Part shown: piece after piece, positions 26,141 through 39,756 of the stretch
Position numbering within the stretch: the first letter of the stretch is position 1
Layout of the letters: each line of letters opens with the position of its first letter
Assembly: GCA_000934665.2 (NCBI GenBank)
Contig: KZ538542.1
Coordinates: forward strand, 1-64,000
Direction: 5' to 3'
Length of the DNA: 64,000 bases
DNA from: Catajapyx aquilonaris
Lineage: Eukaryota
The notes under the pieces: generated by a model
The model's database searches: none
Seen by the model: the letters and a program-made list of their open reading frames with translations, nothing else
What the model was told of the DNA's origin: nothing
Program-made: the position numbers and the translations under genes

Positions 26141-26340
26141 TAGCATGGTTTGTGCCTGAACCAAACTCAACCCAATATAAGCAGGTAAGACTTTTTGACA
26201 ACCTTAAATGTAAATACTTAATCAATTCGATTCATTAATAAATCATTAACTCATACGAATTATTAAATTGGAGCTCATTACGTTCATTATTTATGGTGTT
26301 CAAGACTATGAGGCTATGGCGCCCCTTTTTATTCCGTATA

Positions 26341-26888
26341 CAGGGTATTTATTGTAACCCTGCAAAGACTTACAGGGGTAATAGAGGGGACCAAGACAAG
26401 TATATTTTACATAGGAACCCTTGTCCGGAAACGCCATCTAGAGGGGGTTCATAGACGAGGAACGGGTGCGCTCAGACGCGTCACGCGAGAGGCGCTAGGC
26501 GAGCGGACTGTTTTGTTCATAGATGGCGCGCAGTTGTTGCCAGGTTAAGGCGTATCGCGTCGTTGTAAGCAAACAACAACGCGATACGCCATAACCTGGC
26601 AACAACAGAACCGCTGTTGACTATCCGCGCGTCTCCTAGGAGGCGGACTTTAGTTGCTAGATGGCTCTGCTGTTGCCACGTTATGGCACATCGAATCGTC
26701 GGTTACTATCGGAGCGCCATCTATCAACAAAACAGTCCGCTCGCCTAGAGCCTCTCGCGTGACCTGAGCGCACCCGTTCCTCGTCTATGAGATGGCGTTT
26801 CCGGACACGGTTTCCTATGTCAAAAATACTTGTCTTGGTCCCCTCTATTACCCCTGAAAGTCTTTGCAGAGTTACAATAAACACCCTG
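26341..26888. mobile_element. Tc1/mariner-type foldback MITE with branched internal palindromes
   Basis: TA-cagggt...accctg-TA. The arms pair over ~180 bp, with an additional inner hairpin at 26533-26606. Confidence 0.85.
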
Positions 26889-29800
26889 TATTGGGATGAC
26901 TAGAGGAATTTACAAATGTTTCACGAGCTAATAATTATGACCTAATGATGCGAGCATATATCTGAAAGTCTTGTCTTATAGCTATATGTAAATTTTATGT
27001 TACAAAAATGACACTTAATAATCCATATCTGGCTATGGCAGCTCGCAAACTACACGCTGTACTCGGTAATGAAGATGGATTCGCTCGTCGGAATCAGATA
27101 GGTCGAAGCACATCTCAGTAAACTAACCAACATTGCAATAATAAGTGTTTAAATATATGCTCTTTGCCTACCCAGTTGATAATGTCCCCACATCAGAGAA
27201 CTCTTCCTCAGTGCAATAAATTCAAGCCTCTAAGCGGGTGTACGCAGGAAACGTGTTTCAACCAGTTCATAAATGGTTTGGTCGCATGATATTATAACCA
27301 TACATCAACATTGACGCAAACACACAGTGTACATCCTGCCAATAATTTCGTGCGCCTCCTATGCGAATGTGAGGGAATATCCTGCTAGGTAGACTACTAT
27401 GAGGACCTAGGCAGTCGTGGCAGTATAACGTTGGTCTCCAGTTGCATATATGTAGGTGGGTTGTTCCGCATGGCTTTGAGCAGAGCCCACCAGGACATAC
27501 CTCCATTCCCGCCATTTCAAGCCAGCTCAGCCACTGTTTTTTTGTCGCGGTTCCAAAAGTGAACGTTTCAGTTTCCATGGCTCTGAGCTGGCCGCAAAAT
27601 TTCCACGCGATCATCAAAGTTGAGATGCGGTGGGGATGGGGGTGGAAAATATACGCGCAAAATGGTTTCGTTTCTGTCAGTTAATCTCCCCTTTCCGTTG
27701 CAATTTAAACACCGCGTTAAGGTCCTAACCATTTTCGCCTACAAAAGGCAGCCATTGTGAAATATCCTCTGCTCTGAAAGACCATCAACAGCCCCATTCA
27801 GAATGATCAACTCATTGCGCTATATGCCTATATTACACAGCAAATTTTTATCATTATTGCATCTTTGCTGAGGAACTCCACTTAGCACGGCCATTAGCCA
27901 GGTACATGCAGTCTTTCCAATAGGCCATGATCATGTATCTAGCTAATTCAAAAAGTGGTAGAAAATTTAGGGCCGGTCTCGTTGCACACTCTTTTCGGAT
28001 CATTGTCCTGGGAATAAATGAACTACTATGTCATTTGACTGCAGCATATAGAATCTCTATTCTAAGCTAAAGCCACTTTTGAAATGAAACGATCTGTAGT
28101 CCACTTCTACAGATTGATCGTGCTTCAAGATTAAATCAAGGCAGAATATGCGGTCTCAGAACACAGGAGTCAATATTGATAGTCTGTTCTTTTTCTGGAT
28201 ATAAAACAGTCCGACCTCTTTTCCCCTAGAGGTGCCATAAATTATTGAGTCGGACTGGCTTACTTTTGCTACTTGCCCCTATAACAACTATTGAACTGCA
28301 AGCCCCTCCCTTTCAAAAAAGATCGCCGTGCTGGAGGTTCTGGCAAACATTGTTACCTCATCCATAAGCATCTGGAAGCAAACATAGGTCTGTTACAGGA
28401 TGAACAGCTATTCATTTTCCACGACAGCCACATCACAAACCCTTCAGTGTGTCGAGAAGCCTCTGAAACATCCTTATATCAGATATGTTTTTCGGCATAA
28501 AACTTGCTCTTGAATAATGTACACACAAATAATATTAATATTATACTGTAGACATGATTGTATACAATGTGTTCAGTAAATCCCGCATATTGGGAAGATA
28601 CGTCTCCGCATCATTACCTCGTTACAGGCTTGCAAAAGTATGCTGCACCCTACACGTTTTTGTTGACATCACCACGTTAATGATATAGGGTGTATCCTGG
28701 CGGTCAGGCTTCCCAAATCACAGTGGTAGCCTGGTGGAATGTTTGTGTGACGGTTTCCACTGTTGTAAATATAATACATACATGTAGGTTTGTTCGGCAA
28801 CATAAAAGATCACATTTTCCGGGAATACTGCACACTCTAATTAAATGGTGTGTATGCAAAATGTTATACGTAAATAAACTGATAACATATTAGCGCAAAT
28901 TGAACTAAAACGTACACAACCGGGCTTACTAAAATGCGCGAATCCTAGCAAACAAAACACAATGCAACTCTGACGTATAGCTTTCAACCTGCCACACAAT
29001 AGAGCGAGACAATTCATGTACTATCACCGTTTGACCTAGGTGAACAAAAAAAACTATAGGTATGCAATACGGTGCGTAATATGATCATAATATAATGTGA
29101 TGAACGGTACTGGAATTGCAGCAAACAAAAGGGCAAAAGGAAATCTGATGCAATTATGGGGGGTTACCCCCGCAGACTATAATTAGAGTCCTATTTTATA
29201 ACGCTGTAAATAATTCCTGCCGAATGCTTATCAGAGGCTGGCCATAGAATGTTTCTCGGCCACATGGAGCAGCAGAGACCAGGACCCAAAAACTACTAAT
29301 AGTTGATTTCAGTTCTCGTATTGTTGGCTGACGCAAGTATGGGGAATTGCAATTTTTTCTCAGTCTCGCAGCTACTTCGTGTTAATACAGCATTAGTGTA
29401 ATTACTGGATCGTAACTTCCTAGACGCAGGTGTCCTAAGATAATTATGGGATAAGGCTGTAATATAAGACAGGCGTAAAATACCAGGGAACCGCGGTTCA
29501 ATAATGTATTTGCGCCATGTTACCTCGAGAAGGACAAGTGTGCTGCCAATACCGGTACAATGCACTGAAATGTAAATGTTCCTCCTCCGGTCTGCAGTTT
29601 TCTAAACCTTTTCCCTGTGACACGCGCTACAAAATGCTAATCCGGTAGAATTATGCAGATTGCACGGTCCATTGCATTTAGTAAAAGCAGTTTGCTCATG
29701 CAGCCACTTTGAATCTGGTACAAAGGGAGGTAGGATGAGAGTTTGAAAAAAAAACCTCGCCCTGACCGAGTAGGCAGCATTTTTATAAAGTCAAACTACT

Positions 29801-30234
29801 GACTGCTATGCTGCAATAATATCTAGTAAGAGCGATTATGATCTAGCTTGGATGCCTGGTGAGCCCTCTCCCCCAACACTTAATTTCCGGGGACGTGAGG
29901 TCCGTAACTGCTGGACACTTGGGTGCAGAGAGCCATCAAACGCGTTCCGGGGGGTCAGTTGAAGAGCTGACCCCTGGCCGAGCCCTACGGTATAGATACC
30001 ACAACTCACACTGGCTACCATATGGACTAACGGCTTACAACTGTCGGTGCCATGAACCTCCCGCTAGGTAATAACTTGCAGGAAACATCTGCAGGACAAA
30101 TAGGGACCAATAAAACCGAAATATTGTCCGTGATTGCATCTAACTTTGCTCCAATGTGACAGCAGGCGGAGATACGACGGGGCCCATTCCAGGAGTGGGG
30201 GAGTGGGGGAGAGAGGGGAATGAGGGGGGGGGGG

Positions 30235-30448
30235 NNNNNNNNNNNNNNNNNNNNNNNNNNNNNNNNNNNNNNNNNNNNNNNNNNNNNNNNNNNNNNNNNN
30301 NNNNNNNNNNNNNNNNNNNNNNNNNNNNNNNNNNNNNNNNNNNNNNNNNNNNNNNNNNNNNNNNNNNNNNNNNNNNNNNNNNNNNNNNNNNNNNNNNNNN
30401 NNNNNNNNNNNNNNNNNNNNNNNNNNNNNNNNNNNNNNNNNNNNNNNN
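30235..30448. other. Assembly gap (N) within a G/GGA-rich tract
   Basis: Run of N. Other gaps at 23498-23501, 58523-58635 and a single N near 62427. Confidence 0.99.
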
Positions 30449-32439
30449 GGAGGAGGAGGAGGAGGAGGAGTAGGAGGAGGAGGAAGGGTAGTGCTTCTGT
30501 GCCAAAACCTAGGCCTAACCCTTGGACCGGATCCAGTTTCCTTTCGCTGCTGCAATATTGTGTTTTCTTACCCTCTAAGGACATATTTCCAACTTGGCTG
30601 AGCAAAGGACCAGCTATAACTCGATGCGGCAAAGAACAACTATAGGGCCCGTTTCATACTCATGTCTGGAAATACGCCACTTCTTTCCAATCTTGCTCCG
30701 GTCTATGTCCCTATATGCCTAATACCTTTTATATTGTCAGCCGGATCAATATCGTGCGATTATTGGACCCAGACAAAGCTGCTGTTAATGCAATCATAAA
30801 AAAGACACGACGAGTTTAAGGCCCGACCACCAGATCGACCAAATGACGAGTATGTGCCTATAGGTACACCTATTTACCGCTGTGGTACACACATCCCAGG
30901 GTCATAAATTAGTCATTAACAATGAACACGGAAACAAAAGCCTTCAGAAAATGAATGACAAATATTTCTGGCCTTATGCGAGATTATTTATCATCATTAG
31001 GAACAGTACACAATGGAAGCGGATGTTAATGGAGGAAGACGGGGTCCCAGGCTTGAAGAGAAAGGAAAAATATGGACAGCAAAGGTGACGCTCTCTACAT
31101 TTCAGCTAGGGCAACTCCCTCAACTTACTAGGCGGTGTACAGATTGAGGTTTGTTACTAACTTGAGAGGATAGAAAAATCAGGCTGGTACAGTACCGTAT
31201 TGTTCACAAGATCTCGACAATATGAGGTTCCAAGTAATCCCCGAATAATATGTCACTTTCCGACAACGTGACTTGGTCAGCAGCAACCCACAAGCGCCTT
31301 CAAGGACTCACCTCCACTCATCTTGAATGGAGATACCAAAGAGGACTGGCTCTTTTCTTCCATTCCTTTACCTCATGGCAGATGAGACCACGTAAAAGGA
31401 ATCAGTTATAGCCCGAGTCCAAATTTCTGATAGCAATTAATATTAATGTGATCGGCTGTGCCATTGCTATGGTAAGAAATAACATGTTTTAAACTAAAAT
31501 ATTATAAACCTACATTATACAATTTCTTTACAAAATAAATTGTTACACCAGTACCACAACATTTGAGATACCAGTGATGGGCCTAGACCTGCGGCAACCT
31601 GTTTTCTCGCGTAAGTGTGGTACATGTTCAGCCAATCCCATTCGTAACTGCCAAGGGCTCCTGGAGACAAGTTTATCCATCACAGTTTCCCCCAGGTTCT
31701 CATGTCAGTGCACAAAAATGTTGAAAGTAGCAGGTCACTATACTTACCAGCCTTGAGACAGGTGTAACTAGTGGATGAAGCCCAAACACGAATGAGTGCC
31801 CATGAGTGTCAGCAAGATTTGGAAAAAGTCAGCGGCAGTGAGGAGGCGACAAAGAACCAGTTCCAGAATATTGGTTTGTTACATGAAAAAGTGAAGCGCA
31901 GTTTTTTTCTGCCTGATATTATTTCCTGAGTTGTGACAATACTGCTTCAGAGTAGCGAATTTGCTGTTCTTTAAAAAGTTCAAATGGATTGATTTTGCCG
32001 TGGCTCAAAATAGTCATTCTTAGTTACTACCGTGCAAAAGTAAAAGTCAGTTTAATTGCAAACTTTCTTTCTACTTTTACCCGCCATATTTGAAGTTGAT
32101 GATGCTCCAGCAATTTGTGACAATTAGTTATGACTGACCCTCTAATGGTAACTAACCTGATTTTCTGCCGGCATATCTTGGCACTATGCCCCATTCTGCT
32201 GCCTCGATTTTTATCCACAGGTGTTGTGTAAGCATGGCTTTAAATCGGCGATAGTGATCCGATAACCCGAAGATTTTTGCAGACTGGCATTCTAAAGTCA
32301 AGCTTAGAGAAATTGTGATGGATTGGTTCGTGTCAAAGTGCAGTTGCCAGCTATGTGATTCGCGAACTTGTGCCATATTTACGTCGAAAAAGCAATGTTA
32401 CCAGGCTGCAGCCTTTTTTCCACCTTTCAGGTGGAAGCT

Positions 32440-32529
32440 GTCCACATGAAGAAAGTCCTGTGTCTGTCCCGGGGATCGAACTCGGGTCTCAGAGGTGGAA
32501 GGTTGTGATATTTGTCACTATACACCCCC
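32440..32529 (-). mobile_element. SINE head fragment (same family as 47391-47756)
   Basis: cccggggatcgaactcgggtctcagaggtggaagg matches 47704-47740. Confidence 0.6.
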
Positions 32530-35500
32530 AATAAAAATATTTTTTTCCTAAGCTGCTTGTTATAAGCACTTGCACTGGTCATAATTTTTGAAGTAGCATA
32601 CATATATTAATTATTGATTACAATTATGCCTAATGCTCGGTCCTGGTGTGTGATACACTGTATAGTTCTAGCAACGAAAACATCTAGTCGTTGCTCGTTT
32701 AACTTCCAGCGAGTCCAATGCCGATTATCGACCTAATACTTTGTATAGTCCCATGCAGTCTGTCATGTTGTAAGAACAGCATGCCCCAAGTCGCAATCAG
32801 TGTCACAGAAAATAACAGTGGAGGACAAAAACAATGTCGAGTCAAGTTGAGCATGACAGGCAAAATAGTCCATAATGTGCCAGGCGCCATGTATGAGATA
32901 AAACTCTCGTGTAGAGTTACATTTTTTACCTGGTGCAGGAAAGTTGCACAGTATGCAGGCCGTTTGAGTCCGGGGGAAAAAATGTCAAAAAAAATATCCG
33001 GAAAGCGAGTTTCCCGTTGGCGGGAAAAATAACACTCCGGGACAAGGAAATTTCAAACTTATTCATCAATCTTCATTTGAATGGCGTCCATTATTTGACT
33101 TTTTTCTGTAGCCTGGAGTCAACGCATAGAGGCCGGCGCCCTTTGAAACCCGAGCCGGATCAGTGCAAAAGCTCGGTGAATATAAAATAGCACCTGCGAT
33201 CGGATTTAATCGGCACATCTACGACACCGAAAAAATCATAAATCATTGCGATTACGAGACACGGGTGTTAGATATGAAAGATGTTCCCACATGCAGTGCA
33301 ATTTTCACTCTAAATGCCCTCAAGGATGGAATCATCACAACATGGATGCCTGAGCTCCTATTTTTCATCCATAATAATACACGTAGGGGTCCTTGGAGTT
33401 ATAATGAAACAAGCTTGCAGCATCAGCACTGCAGTGAGGAAAATATTCACGACTTTTCCGGGTTGGGGATGAAACGTGCTTACAAACTTTTCGGGTCAAT
33501 TTCGCGCCAATGACAATGCGAACGCCAGATTAGTGAAAGTTCATTTTGCTGGTACTTTCGTACTTTCGGTGGTACATTCTGGATTTTCCTCCTTTTTAAA
33601 ATGGGGAGAAAGAATGTCAGATTAGGCTAGGGAGCAGTGTTCCTAATACCGGCCTTTATGTTCCACGATTAACATCATTGCTTTACACACGAGCACTTCA
33701 GGCCAAGATGAATTAAATGAGAAGTGGGCTCCAGATAAAAAGGGAAGGGTTATTTTCCAGCCAATACTATATTTTAATATTTTCATACTTCTAATGTAGG
33801 AAAACTTACGCAGGCGAGTCACAGAAATTGCGTTAAATTATTTATGGAATTTTTAAAAATTTAACTAGCGCGAGTGTCCGCGACATTTTTACCTATATGC
33901 GGATGTGAGCTAAATTTTGCAACGCACTATGTTACAACAACATTTGCGAGGCATGCAGAAAAAGTCGCGCAAATTTTGTGTTGGAAGGATTCAATCTCAA
34001 TTACACTTTTCCTCAGTCAATATCCCATTTCTCGCCTTTACACTTTTTCAACTCCTAAGGATATAAATAGGGCACAAAAGTTGCGTGGTCGGATCATTAT
34101 TATCCTGATCGTGGTTTTATATTGTTGTCAATAATTGTTGACTAAACAATAATAATTGTACGTTTTGTACATATTCAAGTGCATCTGCAATACCCAAATC
34201 GTGTAAACCTCTTCAAATATTTTGCTCAGCCCTACTTCTAAGGTTTCTTGTTTCACTTTTCCGCAGTAGAGAAAAGATGGAACATTGGTTGCCCTAACTT
34301 TTTGAAAAGTTTTCATCCTCACATGGCAATCCCCTTTTTAGGATGGTCGCGGAGAGAAAACATGGATTGTGTCACAGAAGCTGTTTTTTTACCAGTTCGA
34401 AATGCCAAGTTTCACAGCCAAGTAGATTCGATTCACATTCGGAATATCCGATATATTCCATCAACTACCAGTTTTTTTCTGGATACTGATATTATTTGAG
34501 ACCTTTTCCGGTTTACGCCAAGTCTCAAAGGGGACTGGGCGTGTTCGGAAGCCACAAATCTTTTTTCCTTTCATGAGAACATTCTGGCTACCACAACAAA
34601 GCTATTATTAAATGCGATTGTGATGATGCCAGACAAAAAAACTCCAACAAGGAGGAGTAATCCGAATTGAAGTGAATCGCAAATTTGACACTTTTTACAG
34701 CCTCGATTCACAATCATTATTTGCTTTTGAAAAGTACTAGTACTAATTGAATGTACAAAGCTGCTTTAAATAGTATAGTATATTATGTTTTATTACCATG
34801 TTTCCCTTTTTTAATCAAGCTAATTGAATATTCATGCGATCAGTAAATTTTGTGCCATTGCATGCGCAAGTGCGCCATTTGCTACATTATGCCCCTGGTT
34901 TAGAAGCAATTATGTATAGTTATCAAGTTTTACACTTTGCAATTAATTTTGGCAATGATGATTGTGTGGCACGATGTAGGTAAAATGTTACAGTTTGAAG
35001 CCTGTAGATAAAATAAGTACTCCAAAAGTTTCTATGACTGCCATGTCTTGTTCATATGCCTGACATCCAGTAGACCTGTTAACAACTATAGTAGTAACAG
35101 ATTATTACCTCCATCACTATAACTGTATCTATAGTAAAATAATATGATCCAACTTGAAACCTAATGCAGCTTTCGATCTGACAGAAACAATGTTTGAACT
35201 TGTTGGAAAAATAGCAATTAAAATAATAGTTATGATACGTGATTGTATGAACGCCTTTCCATACTACTCGTAATCTATTTTTAACCGGAAACATTATGAA
35301 ATTAATTCATTACATTCTGTGGATGTATAGATAATTGAAATTGTTTATGCATTAACAGGAGTGTCAATGAGAGTTTTCAATTTTGTTTATCCCTATACGC
35401 TTTACAGAATTGAACATAATATTACTGAGAACTACATGACGTATTGTAGTACATGACCAAAGTCTAAAAAACTTTAATTATTACAAAACAACTGATTTCA

Positions 35501-35623
35501 TAAAGCTGCCATTGCATTGATAGTATACTATTGGCTTACAAGTGTTTATCCGTGCACTTGTAATGTCTCTTACTTGTGCAATAGCAAATTCATAATCCTA
35601 TACAACATATTTACCTATTTAAC

Positions 35624-35785
35624 CGGGGCAACACAGTGCGGAGGTGTAATGTTACCCACCTCTGAGGTCCCACGTTCAAATCCCGGGTTGGACGGAGGAT
35701 AATCTCATGTGGAAAGAATTTCGAAATGTTCTCTCCGTGCTCAATTGGGTTTACACTCTCGAAGTTGTTCTGTTTCCTCCAACAA
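35624..35785 (+). mobile_element. Decayed V-domain-like SINE
   Basis: gttcaaatcccggg...gttctctccgtg...tttcctcc, homologous to the reverse of 47610-47750. Confidence 0.55.
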
Positions 35786-35896
35786 CGATATTTTCCTATA
35801 CTTTTTATAATGCTACTTGTACACTGTACAGTATATTGGAGAAACGATTATTACCCTAGTGCAGCTCACTTCTATCCCAGCCCAATACAAAAAACT

Positions 35897-36184
35897 GTGC
35901 CGTTATCTCTTTCCACATTGGCGCTAGTGTATCTTCACATATCCTCCCTATTCTTGCGCCTGGGACCATCTTGGTATAGCACTATCGGCAATAATCGACA
36001 GGGGAATCGTCCCGAGCATATCCTGACCTCGTTATCCTAACCACGGGACGATTCCCCAGCCAATTACTGCCGATATCTCTATACCAAGATGGCCGCCGGA
36101 TCGAGTGAGTAGTAAGGTAATATGTTCCACAGCGTGATTCCATTGCACATGTACTAGCGCCAATGTGGGAAGGGATAACGGCAC
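35897..36184. repeat. Foldback (nested inverted repeat) element
   Basis: Outer arms gtgccgttatc...cacattggcgctagt / actagcgccaatgtgg...gataacggcac. Inner arms ccatcttggtatag...ggggaatcgtcccg / cgggacgattcccc...ctataccaagatgg. Confidence 0.7.
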
Positions 36185-37762
36185 GCAAGATGGCGGCGAG
36201 TGTCCCGACCTATACTTCTAAGACCGTGCCCTAGTGAGAAGACCGGGGAAGACTAACTTCAGACATACTTCTTGGATTCATGCAACGATGGAACTGCCAT
36301 CTACCGGCCACAAACAAAACATTATATTGCTCTCAGTTTGTTATGATAGAATGGTCATCAATCGCATAGTAATTGATTTTCACAAATACAAAATCTGTTT
36401 CTTAAACTTCTTGTGACCAACACTCTAGACCTACTAATTTTCTTCCATAATCTATTTTAGACGTTCACTTTGCTGAACTTCTAGTGTTCAGCAACTGAAG
36501 GTTTATGTTGCAATAAATTCCACACATTTCCATAGAAGTGTATATCCAATCATCTCTTACGTGTAAGTAAAATGTCCACAGAGCAGAAAAATTTAATTAC
36601 TGCGTGACACAATTATACAATGTATGGAGTGTTCCAATGTTTCTAAATTAATGAAACCTATTAGCATTATACAGTATTATTATACAGTACAAATAATTTT
36701 ATTGTTACAGGAATTATTTTCAGCCACACACACTCTTTCAGATTTCCTCGCTAAAATGATTGCATTGTAGCATTAATCGTAAAGCAGATGGAAAAATGTG
36801 ATGGAAGTCACATCATGGTTAAAAAGTGGGGAGCGAGTGGAAATTGGAGAGGGGTGGAGGGGACATTGTGTGAAAGTAAAAATAGGCGTATATGGCATCA
36901 ATCTGTCACTGAAATGGAGACGGATCAGCAGTTAAGCATGTAAGTTATAGTACAGAGTTACAGGATCGAGGCCACATCCGGCGACAAAGAGCCCATTTTC
37001 ACTCTTACCACAGTTATCTCCTTTGTTGGAGGGTTTATCTACTGGAATCTGTAAATGTTTTCAATGATGAATCTCGCTTGATCGTCCTTCCTAATGAAAA
37101 CAAAAATATGGTAATAAGCGAAGTTGAATTTTTGTATGGTCAAAATATTTCTCTTCATATTAAAATATTATTAGAAGTCGAATTTTTCAAAATATTTCGG
37201 AAACTTTAGGACACCCTGTACCTCCGGCCTACTCACTCTATGCTTTGGACAGGGAATGTGTAGGAAGGTTACTCGCAACGGACATTTCCGTCGATTTCTA
37301 AGTCCGAGAAAGTACGAAACCGTAGAAATTTACAAGCACCTGTACTTTGGTTTGTGTTGCTGTCATCGACAGAAGGAGACGGACCTACAGATAGTAGACA
37401 TTTCCATTAGTCATATCTTCAATAGCGACAAGCGCCAGGTGGATGGGAAAACATGACGTCAGAAAACAAGTCGAAAACTCTGAAGCGCAAAATGTCATTG
37501 TAATGAAACTAAAAGGTGGTTCTTATTCTTGGCTAGTATTATTCAAACAGTGTCACTTAAATTGCCAGAATGACAAAGATAAATTACTTACCTCTATACA
37601 GATTATTTTCAAAGGTATCTTTTGCATTTTCCGGGAAAGTCATCCGTCCACAATAGGCTATATTACAGAAGCAATTCACACCATCCTACTGTTGGTATGG
37701 TGATTTTTATCGAATTCCGGTAATTACAGATATAGGATGTATGTACGGAGGTTTCATTTGAC

Positions 37763-37906
37763 CAAGGGGTTAACCACTTCGGTACTCCGGTGTACACATG
37801 CAATGGTACAGTACTCCCAGGTACTCCTTAGGTATCTTACTCTTTGGTACTCCTTGAATTTGGTACTCCACCGTACACTTTACAGTCGAGTGTGGTTAAC
37901 CCCTTG
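37763..37906. mobile_element. Second copy (inverted) of the 16215 MITE
   Basis: caagggg...ccccttg with internal ggtactc repeats and TSD catttgac (37755-37762, 37907-37914). Confidence 0.9.
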
Positions 37907-39723
37907 CATTTGACAAAGCAGTCATCGAATAATGATAATGATAATGTGATTATGAGACACATAATCAAAGTTCATGTGGCATAGTGTCCCGGAAGATAAA
38001 TCATGTCTAATGAGGCGATGCAAGAGAAAAAAAGGTTGCATTCAACTACTGTTACAGGTCTATCGCTAAAGTGCTACGACATTATTTTGCAACATGTCAG
38101 ACGTCGGATGAGATTATTTCCAGTGACTGCACAAAAAGGCATAGGATTCCCCGTACTGTTGCCGACTTTGACTGTCAAAATGCAATAACCCATTGTATAT
38201 CCGTTTTGGCAGATCTTGCAAGTATGTGCCATCGTATTTCAGCCAAAGCTGTTAAGCAATTGTCGGAATTATAATAACCACATTTGTGTATACATACTTG
38301 TGCATATAGTCCACTTTAGTATTACGTGAAACATAATAGAGTTTTCCAATTGCATAATTATGACGCTTGCTATGCTTGACTGACCCTGCTATAATATTCA
38401 AGAGGGACTTACAGTACAAGAATCTGGGCTCAATCGATGATAGGCCAATTCGTAAGCAAAGGCTCTGTTTTGCGATTTGCACAGGAGTATTGCCAGGAGC
38501 AAAAAAAGAATGCCGTTCTTGCAAAATTATTAATCGATACTGACAGCAACGCTGACAAGAGCTACTTTTAGTATCGCACAAAAATGCCAGGGTTTTGGTG
38601 GCCCTTTTTCTTTAGTCCACCAACCGGTATTTAGGCGAGAGTGTGAGGCCTTGTTCTTGTTCGTCGGAATGAATAAAGCAGCTCGTCATGCTCAGGAATG
38701 AAAGATGAATTTCGGGAGTACAACCACATACTCCGCATGCATGCATGCCATATTGAACGCCAATGAAAGTGATCTTTCGGTTCTACTCTTGCAACCAATT
38801 ACAACACAGTTGGCTTTCATTTGAAAATACAGTAATCCCCGATTAGGAAATTAGAAAATGGGGCTTCAAAAATCCGTCACTTTTTTTTACAATTTGGGCC
38901 CGTATTTCAGCAAAATGGTAAACTTTTTTCTATCATAAAAGAGGACAACTTCATTATTCCCTAGTGTAAACTTTGTGTGGCGGGCAAAAAGGCGTTGAAG
39001 AAATCGATAAAAAAGATTGAATAAAAAGTCCACATAAGAGAGCTGCAGATCCCTTTCATGATTCCTTGCGCCAAAAGTAACTAATAGCCTACCTACATGC
39101 TTAGATGGCCATCAAATTAGCCTACTTTTTAGGCAAAGAAAACTTTGAATCCTGGCTAATATCGTGAGGAGTATTGCGATTTAATATCCGGAGATTTACC
39201 CAGTGCTGGAGAGAATGCTGTTTAAAACAACCCTCCTTGCCTTCCTCCACATTATTAAGAGTCTGAGGATGACAATTTGCATCTGGGGACTTTTGGTGCA
39301 CATTGGCCACAACCTCCCTCCCTCCACCAACCACCCGACTCCCACCCTCGTTATCTATCCCCCAGGGTTTAATTCCAATATCTCAGGGGCGGAATATAAG
39401 AAGAGGAGCTCGTTAATTAACCCACCGAGTGGCACACAAGGGACTATTACAATGAATCGGGTTAATGACGGAAAGCAACAAGAAGCTCCTTCCTTCTAGA
39501 ATGCTCGACACTTCCTCTCAAATCGAGCTCAGCTTTATGAGCAGTTTGGGGAAGGTCAAATTTAAACGACATGTACCCAGATATTATTATCTTCTTGTGT
39601 TCGCAGTAAATGATTCATATCTCAAATCAAGTTGGAACCCAAAATAAATCATAATCCCACACGACACCAGCAGGTTTTTTGCAGTGTAAACATGAGAAAT
39701 ATCGTCTACAAAACCAGGACGGA

Positions 39724-39756
<33 letters not shown>

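Noticed and set aside
30027..30645. Longest ORFs in the track (up to 201 aa)
   Set aside because: They read through an N gap and low-complexity GGA repeats.
30880..31900. Possible decayed transposase or gene exons
   Set aside because: Splice-like signals are present, but the frames examined contain stops and no motif is recognisable.
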